In this document: in pieces, positions 8,741-16,292 of the stretch
Layout of the letters: the number at the start of each line of letters is the position of its first letter
Position numbering within the stretch: position 1 is the stretch's first letter
Origin: Dehalococcoidia bacterium
Lineage (GTDB): Bacteria > Chloroflexota > Dehalococcoidia > Lucifugimonadales > UBA1127
Assembly: GCA_965249315.1 (NCBI GenBank)
Contig: OZ252225.1
Coordinates: 1,065,951 to 1,129,950, forward strand
DNA: 64,000 bases
Direction: 5' to 3'
Made by a program: the position numbers and the translations under genes
The notes under the pieces: model-generated
Seen by the model: the letters and a program-made list of their open reading frames with translations, nothing else
Databases searched by the model: none
What the model was told of the DNA's origin: nothing

Positions 8741-11700
8741 GTGAAGCTGGCAGCCCTGGCGCGCATGGGAGCGCTCATAGCCGTGCGAAGGACGGCCGCC
8801 GATTGGCGGCTGCAACTCGCCGCGGTCTTCGGCATGGTGCTGGCTGTAGCGCTGATGTCGGCCGCCGTCATCTACTCCAACGCGCTTCGGGAAACGGCGC
8901 TGCGGTATGCGTTGCGCAACGCGGACGACAAAACGCTGCACATGATCGTGGGGGAGTCCCACGCCCTGGACCCGGCCCTGTTCCTGGCGACGCGAGACGT
9001 GGTGGAACGCGGCATTCACGGGCCACTGCGGCCCTACATCGACGGGTCTTCCCTCCAGATCGAAACGTCGACGCTGCTGTACGGCGGCCTGCCGCAGTTC
9101 AACCTACCCGACTCGCAGCGGCACCGAGGCCCGGTCTACTCGCTGACGGACGTCCAGGAACACTTCCAGGTGGTGGCGGGGAGGTTACCCCAGCCCGCCG
9201 GCGGAGACTTGGAGGTCGTCATCGACCAGGCTGGCGCGTCCGCGCTGGACCTCGCCATCGGCGACCGCTTCAACGGGCTTCCGGCCGTCTCGGAGGGCAG
9301 ACCGGCGCTCCCCATCCACGTGGTGGGAATCGTGGAGCCGCTGGACCCGGACAACCGAGTCTGGCAGCTGGGCTTCGCCAGCCGATTCACGCGAAGCTCG
9401 GGAGGGTGGACCACGTTGCCGCTCTACGCAGACGCTAGGGCCCTCTTCGACACGGTGTCCAACGCCTTCCCCGGCCTCTACACCAACTACCGCTGGTCCT
9501 TTTACGTGGACCGGGAGAACCTGCGGGCAGGGGACGCGCAGAACCTGCGGACTCTGCTTCCCCAGGTTCGGCGCAACGTCTTTGGACTGCTCGCCATCCC
9601 CTCCTGGAGGACGGAGTTGGAAGGGGTGCTAGACCGCTTCGTCTTCCTGCTCACCCTGGCCCGCATCCCGCTCTTCCTCCTAGTGTTCCTGGCGATCGGT
9701 GTGTTGCTCTACTACCTGTTCCTCATAGCGGGCCTCATGGGAAGAGTGCGGGCCTCGGAGGTGGCCGTGTTCCGCAGCCGGGGCGCGTCCACACCGCAGG
9801 TGGGGCTCCTGATCCTCCTGGAGGGCCTGCTGCTGGCTGTGCCCGCCGTGGTGGTTGGGCCGTTTCTGGCCCAGGGCCTGGTCATCCTAACCGGACGCGT
9901 CCTTACTTCGGCCGGCGAAAACACGGACCTGGCCTTTGTGACGCTCACGCCCGAAGTGTTCCTGCTGGGCGGCGTGGGCGCGCTGATGGCCGTGGTCGTG
10001 CTGACCGCGACAACGTTGGGCTCATCCCGAAAGGGTGTGGTGGAGTTCGGCCGGATGGAGGCCCGCCCGCCGGACCAGCTCTTCCTGCACCGCTACTACC
10101 TGGACGTGGCACTCATTGGCCTGATGGGGCTGCTGTGGTGGCAGCTAAAGACCCGCGACTCAGTGCTCATCCAACCCCTGGCGGCCTCCGACGTGCAGAT
10201 CGACATCACGCTGCTGCTGGGGCCCGTTCTGGGAACCCTGGCCGCAGGCCTGTTGCTTCTGCGCTTCTTCCCGCTAGCGATGCGGGCCGTGGCGTGGCTG
10301 GCAGAGCCGTGGAGCCCGGTGTGGCTGGTGCAGGGGATCCGCCGCGTTGCACGGGACCCCGTGCCCGCAGGCTCCCTGCTGGTGCTGCTGGCCCTGGCCA
10401 CGTCGCTGGGGGTGCTGAGTTCGGCCTTCATCACGACGCTGGAGAGGAGCCAAGAGGAACGCGCGCTGTACGAGGCCGGGGCCGACTTCCGCGTGAACCA
10501 TGACCTGGGTGCGGAGCTAGCGAGTGGGCGGAGCCCCGCAGAAGAGCTGGTGGCCAGCAGCCCACCGGGCGTGGCCGCCGCGGACGTGATGCGACTCTCA
10601 GTTGGGGCAATGACGGCGGGATTCGGCCGAGGCGCAACGCTGCTGGCCGTGGACGGGGAGAAGATCGGCACGGTGGCCTGGTCCCGTCCCGACTTCGCCG
10701 GAGAACCGCTGTCCGTGGCACTCACCGTCCTGGAACCCGAGAGCGTCCCCATAGGCCTGCCACTACCGGAGGACGCCGTGGGGCTGGAGATCTGGGCGGC
10801 CCCGGGGATGCTCCCGAACAACACGGTGCTCCGGGCCCGGCTCCAGGACAGCAAGGGAACGTTCTTCAACGCCACCTTCGCGGCGCTGGGCGAGTACGAG
10901 GACTATCGCGAGGCGGTGACGCGCTCCCTGTCCGGCAATGGGTGGCGCTTCCTGGAGGCCCAGATTCCGCTACATCCCTACTCGACACGCCGAGGCCCCC
11001 AACCGCCGCTGCTGGAGGGGCCGTTCACGCTCCACACGCTCTGGGTCAACACCCCCCAGGGGGACACCAGCGGCGCGATCTTCCTAGACGATCTCAAGGC
11101 GCAGCGGCACGCGGGGGCGGTGGAGGTGGCCTCGTTCCAGGAGCTGGGCGACTGGCACCCCCTGGAGAACCCTGCAGCTCCAGGCCTGGCAGCGCTGGAG
11201 GTGAGCGAGACGGTTGGCCGCGCCGGACGCAAGAGCGTAGCCTACACCTGGGGCGTCGGCAGGGCCCCCCTGCGCGGCATCCAGGTGGGACCGGCGGGCG
11301 ACCCCGTCCCGGCCCTCGCCAGCTCCTCCTTCCTGGAGGCCAACGAGGTCCAGGTGGGTGACGTCGTAACCTTCTCCGTGGAGTCGACCGCGGTGGCCGT
11401 GGAACTGATTGGGGACGTGGGGTTCTTCCCCACCGTGGACCCACGCACGACGGAGTTCCTGGTGGCGGACCTGGACTCGCTGCTGCTGCACGCGAACCTC
11501 CAGACGCTGCGCCGTCTCCGTCCCCCGGCGGAGCTCTGGGTCCGCGACGGCAGCGGGACCCTGACGGTGAGCTCCCTAGAGCGAGAGATCACGTACCTTG
11601 GCGGTGAGGTTTCCAACGTCCATGACGCCGCGGAGATGGTGGCTACCCGAACGTCGGACCCGCTGCTGACCGCAGGATGGGCCGGACTGCTGGCGCTCTC

Positions 11701-12100
11701 TTTCCTGACCGTGGTGCTTGCCAGCTCCTCGGGGTTGCTGCTCTATAGCTACATCGACGCGCGGGAGCGACAGGGAGAGTTCGCGATGCTTCGCAGCCTG
11801 GGCTTCTCGCGGCTGCAGGTCAACGGCGTGGTCTGGTTCAACCTGATCCTGGTGGTGACGTTGGGCCTTGCCGTTGGAACCTGGGGCGGGCAGTGGCTGG
11901 GCGCCACGCTCCTCCCGCTGCTGGAGGTGGCGGAGGGAGGCACGCGCGTGACGCCGCCCATGGTACTCGAAACGAACTGGTCGACGCTGGTATTGGCCTA
12001 CGCCATCCTGGCCGCCGCCACCGCCGCTACGGTAGTCGCCCTGGCCTGGGCTATCTCGAGGCTGGACATACAGCGGCTGCTGCGCGTAGAGGGAGGATAA
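8741..12100 (+). CDS. Giant ABC transporter permease with two FtsX-type modules, paralog 2
   Basis: 1119 aa with the same architecture and recognisable N-terminal similarity to 5443-8736. It starts 4 nt after the upstream stop, and its stop overlaps the next start (TAATG). Confidence 0.8.
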   Translation: MKLAALARMGALIAVRRTAADWRLQLAAVFGMVLAVALMSAAVIYSNALRETALRYALRNADDKTLHMIVGESHALDPALFLATRDVVERGIHGPLRPYIDGSSLQIETSTLLYGGLPQFNLPDSQRHRGPVYSLTDVQEHFQVVAGRLPQPAGGDLEVVIDQAGASALDLAIGDRFNGLPAVSEGRPALPIHVVGIVEPLDPDNRVWQLGFASRFTRSSGGWTTLPLYADARALFDTVSNAFPGLYTNYRWSFYVDRENLRAGDAQNLRTLLPQVRRNVFGLLAIPSWRTELEGVLDRFVFLLTLARIPLFLLVFLAIGVLLYYLFLIAGLMGRVRASEVAVFRSRGASTPQVGLLILLEGLLLAVPAVVVGPFLAQGLVILTGRVLTSAGENTDLAFVTLTPEVFLLGGVGALMAVVVLTATTLGSSRKGVVEFGRMEARPPDQLFLHRYYLDVALIGLMGLLWWQLKTRDSVLIQPLAASDVQIDITLLLGPVLGTLAAGLLLLRFFPLAMRAVAWLAEPWSPVWLVQGIRRVARDPVPAGSLLVLLALATSLGVLSSAFITTLERSQEERALYEAGADFRVNHDLGAELASGRSPAEELVASSPPGVAAADVMRLSVGAMTAGFGRGATLLAVDGEKIGTVAWSRPDFAGEPLSVALTVLEPESVPIGLPLPEDAVGLEIWAAPGMLPNNTVLRARLQDSKGTFFNATFAALGEYEDYREAVTRSLSGNGWRFLEAQIPLHPYSTRRGPQPPLLEGPFTLHTLWVNTPQGDTSGAIFLDDLKAQRHAGAVEVASFQELGDWHPLENPAAPGLAALEVSETVGRAGRKSVAYTWGVGRAPLRGIQVGPAGDPVPALASSSFLEANEVQVGDVVTFSVESTAVAVELIGDVGFFPTVDPRTTEFLVADLDSLLLHANLQTLRRLRPPAELWVRDGSGTLTVSSLEREITYLGGEVSNVHDAAEMVATRTSDPLLTAGWAGLLALSFLTVVLASSSGLLLYSYIDARERQGEFAMLRSLGFSRLQVNGVVWFNLILVVTLGLAVGTWGGQWLGATLLPLLEVAEGGTRVTPPMVLETNWSTLVLAYAILAAATAATVVALAWAISRLDIQRLLRVEGG

Positions 12101-12987
12101 TGGTAAGCGTACCCCAGGATGGCCCGGCGCTCATCGAATGCCTGGACGTGTTCAAGTTCTACCAGCGGGCCGGGATGGAGGTGGTGGCCCTGCGAGGCCT
12201 GGACCTGGAGGTCCGGCGCGGGGAGTTCATGGCCATCATCGGGGCCAGCGGGTCGGGAAAGAGCACGTTGATGAACATCCTCTCCGGCCTGGACAGGCCC
12301 TCTGCGGGCAGCGTTCGGGTGGGAGACCGCGACCTTGCAGAGCTGAACGAGCGGGACCAGGTGGAGTACCGTCGCACCGAGGTGGGTTTCATCTGGCAGG
12401 CGACGTCCCGGAACCTGCTGACCTACCTGACGGCCCGAGACAACATCGAGCTTCCCATGGCCATTACCGGGCTGCCAGGAGAGGAGCGCCGCGAGCGCGC
12501 CATGGAGCTGCTGGTCACCGTGGGACTGGAAGACAAGGCCGAACGCTTCCCCTACCAACTCTCGGGAGGGGAGCAGCAGCGGGTGGCCCTCGGGGTGGCC
12601 CTTGCGAACAAGCCGCCGCTGCTGCTGGCCGACGAGCCAACGGGCGAGCTGGACACCCGAACCGCGGAGGAGGTCCTGCTGGCCATGCAGTCCCTCTGCC
12701 GTACGCAGGGGGTCACCATCGTAATGGTCACCCACTACAGGGGCGTGACACCCTTCGTCAACCGCGTCGTCCTGATCCGGGACGGTCGCATTGCCGCCGA
12801 GACGGTGCTGGAGCCGACGTTCCGACGCCCAGGCGAGATCGTGCAGGAGGACTACGTGGTGGTGGACCGGGCCGGACGCCTACAGCTGCCGCGAGACGCG
12901 GTGGAGCACCTACAGCTTCGAGGCAGGGCGCGGGTGCTGCCACAGGACGAGGGCGCGCTCATCACGCGCCCCAGGAGGCAGGCGTGA
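12100..12987 (+). CDS. ABC transporter ATP-binding protein (MacB/LolD-type) with a ~70-aa C-terminal extension
   Basis: The ATG at 12100 overlaps the upstream TAA. It has Walker A GASGSGKST, signature LSGGEQQR and Walker B LLLADEPTGELD. The longer track ORF from 11893 would lie inside the permease gene. Confidence 0.85.
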   Translation: MVSVPQDGPALIECLDVFKFYQRAGMEVVALRGLDLEVRRGEFMAIIGASGSGKSTLMNILSGLDRPSAGSVRVGDRDLAELNERDQVEYRRTEVGFIWQATSRNLLTYLTARDNIELPMAITGLPGEERRERAMELLVTVGLEDKAERFPYQLSGGEQQRVALGVALANKPPLLLADEPTGELDTRTAEEVLLAMQSLCRTQGVTIVMVTHYRGVTPFVNRVVLIRDGRIAAETVLEPTFRRPGEIVQEDYVVVDRAGRLQLPRDAVEHLQLRGRARVLPQDEGALITRPRRQA

Positions 12988-13691
12988 CGGACGCAGCACC
13001 CATCATCAGCGCCCGTGAGTTGGTGCGCGTCTTCGAGTCCGGAGCGGCCGACGTGCCCGCGCTCAGGGGAGTAAGCGTCGACGTCAAACGCGGGGAGTTC
13101 CTGGCGCTCATGGGCCGCTCCGGCTCCGGGAAGACCACGCTGCTCAACCTCCTGGGAGGCCTGGACCGCCCCACGAGCGGAACGGTGCTCTTCGACGGTC
13201 TGGAACTGACGCAGGCGTCGGACCGGGCGCTGACGGAGCTGCGCCGCTACAAGGTGGGATTCGTGTTCCAGATGTACGGCCTGCTTCCCATCCTCTCGGC
13301 GTATGAGAACGTGGAGCTGTCCCTGCGCATCAACGGGATGCCCCGGGGGCAGCGGCGGCAGCGGGCCATGGAGGCCCTGGAACTGACGGGACTGGGCGCC
13401 CGGGGGCGACACCGCCCCTACGAGCTCTCCGGCGGCGAGCAGCGCCGGGTTGCCATTGCCCGGGCACTGGCCGTGGAGCCGCCCGTCCTCCTGGCCGACG
13501 AGCCGACGGGGGACCTGGACTCGACGACGGGCGCCGGCATCATATCCGTGCTCCGCGACGTGGTCCAGCAACAGGGCATCACAATCGTGGCCTCGACGCA
13601 CGAGCCAGCCCTGGCCGAGGCCGCCGATCGGGTGCTCTACATGGCCGACGGCGGGTTCGTCGAGGAGCCCGCTCCGGCCAGGTCCGGCTAG
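12984..13691 (+). CDS. ABC transporter ATP-binding protein (MacB/LolD-type), second copy
   Basis: The GTG at 12984 overlaps the upstream TGA (GTGA). It has Walker A GRSGSGKTT, signature LSGGEQRR and Walker B VLLADEPTGDLD. Confidence 0.85.
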   Translation: MTDAAPIISARELVRVFESGAADVPALRGVSVDVKRGEFLALMGRSGSGKTTLLNLLGGLDRPTSGTVLFDGLELTQASDRALTELRRYKVGFVFQMYGLLPILSAYENVELSLRINGMPRGQRRQRAMEALELTGLGARGRHRPYELSGGEQRRVAIARALAVEPPVLLADEPTGDLDSTTGAGIISVLRDVVQQQGITIVASTHEPALAEAADRVLYMADGGFVEEPAPARSG

Positions 13692-13708
13692 GACCCAGCG
13701 GACCGGTA

Positions 13709-13742
13709 CGGGCCTCCCCCGCGCACGGGATGCGGAGGCCCG
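13709..13742 (+). terminator. GC-rich hairpin after the ABC module (possible terminator, no U-tract)
   Basis: CGGGCCTCC (13709-13717) pairs with GGAGGCCCG (13734-13742) across a 16-nt loop. Confidence 0.3.
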
Positions 13743-13774
13743 ACAACACTGTCAATGGAGCCCTGGACGCCCCC

Positions 13775-14629
13775 ATGGGTCGACTGGAAGGAAAGGTAGC
13801 TGTCGTCACCGGCGCAAGCCGGGGCATCGGCGAGGAGATTGCCCGGCTGTTCGCCACCGAGGGGGCCCGGGTGGTGTGCACGGCCCGCACCCTTCGGGAG
13901 GGCGAACACCGCCTGGAAGGCTCGTTGGAGACGACCGTGGCGTCCATCCGAGCCGACGGGGGTGAGGCGATACCCGTCGCAGCCAACCTTGCCCTGCCGG
14001 AGGAGTGCCGACGGGTGGTCGAGGAGACCCACGCGGCCTACGGGCCCATCGACGTGCTGGTAAACAATGCAGCGCTGGCCTACTTCCAGCCGATCGCTTC
14101 GTACCCGCTGAACCGCTGGCTGCGCACGTGGGACGTGAACGTGCATGCGGCCTTCGTCCTCAGCCAGCTTGCGCTGGAAGACATGGTCCCCCGCCGCAGT
14201 GGGAGCATCGTCACCATCTCCTCGGCGGCTGCCGTGGGGCCGGGACGAGGGCCCTACAAAGCCGCTCCCGAGTTTCGGAATAGCACCGCCTACGGGGCCC
14301 AGAAGGCGGCATTGGAGCGCTTCACGCAGGGCCTGGCCCAGGAGGTCTTCCAGTATGGGGTCTCGGTGACGTGCGTGGCCCCCTCCCAGGTGGTGCCGAC
14401 GCCGGGGACGGTCTACCATGGCCTGGTGACCGGCAGGGACGACCCCACGGGAGAGCCGCCGGAGCTGATGGCGCAGGCCGTGCTGCTGCTGGCCACGGAA
14501 CCGCCGGAGAAGGTGACAGGCAGGGTAGTCTACAGCCAGCAACTTCTGAGAGAATACGGCTCAATTACGGAGGCCCGCGGGACGGGCGTCGATCCGTCCC
14601 GTCCGGGCACCGGGTACAGCAGCGCCTAG
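13775..14629 (+). CDS. Short-chain dehydrogenase/reductase (SDR) family oxidoreductase
   Basis: The N-terminus MGRLEGKVAVVTGASRGIGEEIA carries the classic TGxxxGIG fold, with NNA and a YxxxK-type region downstream. The alternative upstream ATG at 13730 falls inside the preceding hairpin. Confidence 0.85.
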   Translation: MGRLEGKVAVVTGASRGIGEEIARLFATEGARVVCTARTLREGEHRLEGSLETTVASIRADGGEAIPVAANLALPEECRRVVEETHAAYGPIDVLVNNAALAYFQPIASYPLNRWLRTWDVNVHAAFVLSQLALEDMVPRRSGSIVTISSAAAVGPGRGPYKAAPEFRNSTAYGAQKAALERFTQGLAQEVFQYGVSVTCVAPSQVVPTPGTVYHGLVTGRDDPTGEPPELMAQAVLLLATEPPEKVTGRVVYSQQLLREYGSITEARGTGVDPSRPGTGYSSA

Positions 14630-14641
14630 TAGGAGAAGGCT

Positions 14642-15130
14642 ATGTCGAGTGAACCACTGCCGGTGGTCGTTGGACAACTCGCGCCGGACTTTACTCTTCC
14701 AGGCGTGGACGGGGAGTCGATCACCCTGAGCAGCTACCGCGACCGGTGCTGCCTCATCCTGGTCTTTCTGCGAGGCTTCTTCTGACCCTTCTGCCGTCGC
14801 AATCTCCGCCAGTTGGCGGAGCAGCATGCCGACTTTCAGGGCCTGTGCGTGGAGACGCTGGCCGTGGCGCCGACCACCGTACAGGCGGCCCAGGCCTACT
14901 TCCGAAACGATCCGGTCCCGTACGCCTCCGTCGCCGACCCTGAGCGGGAGGTCTTCGAGCAGTACGGCGTGGCGCGCCGGCCCCTATCCCTCGGCCAGCG
15001 CCCGGGCCTCTTCATCATCGACCGAAAGGGAGTGGTCCGCTTCGCGCACGTGGGCCGACAGCAGTGGAACATCCCCTCCATGGACCAGGTCCTGGAGGTG
15101 TGCCGCACCCTCAAGTGCGGGCCTGACTAG
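14642..15130 (+). CDS. Peroxiredoxin-like (AhpC/TSA, thioredoxin-fold) protein with in-frame TGA: probable UxxC selenoprotein
   Basis: ATG 14642 is in the same frame as track ORF 14813..15130. The only interruption is TGA 14783-14785, in the context LVFLRGFF-TGA-PFCRRNL. This is exactly where homologs carry the first Cys of the F/YRG.WCP.C motif. A hairpin follows 18 nt downstream. Confidence 0.7.
14804..14821 (+). promoter_or_regulatory. Candidate bacterial SECIS hairpin
   Basis: Perfect 7-bp stem CTCCGCC/GGCGGAG with apical loop AGTT, which contains G-U. The stem starts 18 nt after the TGA at 14783-14785. Confidence 0.55.
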
Positions 15131-15150
15131 CCCTCAGCGTCAGAACAGGG

Positions 15151-15807
15151 CTAGCGACCGCGCCAGGTCTGGCGGTCCTTGGTGACGTCGGCAAAGGAGC
15201 GCCCGTTGGCGATCTGGGCGATGGCCCAGACCTCCCACTGACCCAGCTCGATGCAGGCTTCCAGCTGCGCCTGCGCGTCCTGGGGGGAGGCGACGATGAC
15301 GCCATTCTCGTCCCCCAGGATCAGGTCGCCGGGGTTGACGGTGACGCTGCCCACGACCACTGGGACGTTGACGCCGCCTGCCTCTGGGCCCTGGCCCTTC
15401 GGAAGCATGGCGGCCACGCCGCGGCTGAAGATGGGGAAGTCCAGCCGCTCCAGGCCGTCTCGGTCCGTCACCAGCCCGTCGACGACCATGCCGACGATGC
15501 CGTTCTGGATCCAGCCGTGAACACCGAAGTCGCCCATGACAGCGTGGCGCATCTCGCCAGCGCGGTCCACCACGAGGACGTCGCCAGGCTGGGCCATCTC
15601 AACGGCCTTGCGAATGCCGGCGGTGTTGTCCTGGGTGGTCTGGACGGTAATGGCTGTGCCGATGAGCTTAATGGGCCGGTACAGGGGCTGAATGCCGGGG
15701 TCCATGGCGGTGTCGAGGAAGTGGCCCAGGTTGGCCGCGGGGATCTTTCTGTAGGCCTCGATAAGCTCTTGGGCCACCATCGGGGCGTGGGCGTTGACGG
15801 TAAGCAT
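15151..15807 (-). CDS. RraA-family protein (RraA / 4-hydroxy-4-methyl-2-oxoglutarate aldolase-like) with C-terminal extension
   Basis: The translation runs MLTVNAHAPMV...IPAANLGHFLD...GDVLVVD...VMGDF...GMVVDGLVTD...VNPGDLILGDENGVIV. ATG 15807 is preceded by AGGAGAGG. The longer track start at 15858 would overlap the predicted promoter. Confidence 0.8.
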   Translation of the reverse strand: MLTVNAHAPMVAQELIEAYRKIPAANLGHFLDTAMDPGIQPLYRPIKLIGTAITVQTTQDNTAGIRKAVEMAQPGDVLVVDRAGEMRHAVMGDFGVHGWIQNGIVGMVVDGLVTDRDGLERLDFPIFSRGVAAMLPKGQGPEAGGVNVPVVVGSVTVNPGDLILGDENGVIVASPQDAQAQLEACIELGQWEVWAIAQIANGRSFADVTKDRQTWRGR

Positions 15808-15844
15808 GCGTACCTCTCCTGCTAAAGAGTCCGTGGATACGCAG

Positions 15845-15874
15845 ACCTTACGCGGCATGCGCCAAGGCTGTCAA
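15845..15874 (-). promoter_or_regulatory. Sigma-70-like promoter for the RraA-like gene
   Basis: On the minus strand: TTGACA (15874-15869), an 18-nt spacer, then TAAGGT (15850-15845). Confidence 0.35.
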
Positions 15875-15925
15875 GGGAGGCGGCAATACCGCTCTTGCTT
15901 GCCCTGCCTCCCCGCCCTTCCGCCG

Positions 15926-16006
15926 CATTTCCCACTCGCCCACCCTGTGATTCTTTCTTCCTAGGGGTCTAGCGCCCCAAGCCCCCGCTTGCGGGATGCC
16001 CGGCGG
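15926..16006 (+). repeat. Dispersed intergenic repeat, type-2 unit, copy C
   Basis: CATTTCCCACTCGCCCACCCTGTGATTCTTTCTTCCTAGGGG...CCCCGCTTGCGGGATGCCCGGCGG aligns with 27331-27410 (CATTTCCCACCCGCCGGCCCTGGGATTTCTTCTTGGGAGC...CCCCGCTCTGAGGTGCGGGCGG). Confidence 0.6.
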
Positions 16007-16292
16007 CCACAGGCCCCTGTCACTCCCGGTGTAAAGACCGGAGAGAGGGGAGCGGCAGAGCCACCTTTCCATCCGGTGGCGGTATGAGGCGAGTCTTGGA
16101 CCTTCGTAGAGACGATGGCGAGTGGTGGGAGCGATTCGGGGGTACCCCTGTGGTAGACCTTAGATGGGATGCAAACCCCTGGCCCGGTAAGGGGCCGGAG
16201 GCGGCAGGCAGCTTTGAATTTTGCCTGCGGGTGGAGTAACATTGAGATGAAAGCCCATTCTCCCAGTTGAGGACGGGTGTGCGGAGGACGGC

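Noticed and set aside
11893-12099. The upstream extension of the first ABC ATPase ORF (track start 11893), and the similarly long extension 12138..12983 of the second.
   Set aside because: The extensions overlap the preceding genes and encode Arg/Gly/Pro-rich sequence. Overlapping TAATG and GTGA start sites give canonical ATPase N-termini.
14813-15130. Track ORF 14813..15130 as an independent 105-aa gene starting MAEQHADF.
   Set aside because: It is in frame with an upstream Prx-like N-terminus (ATG 14642) and is separated from it only by TGA 14783-14785. I treat it as the C-terminal part of one selenoprotein gene.
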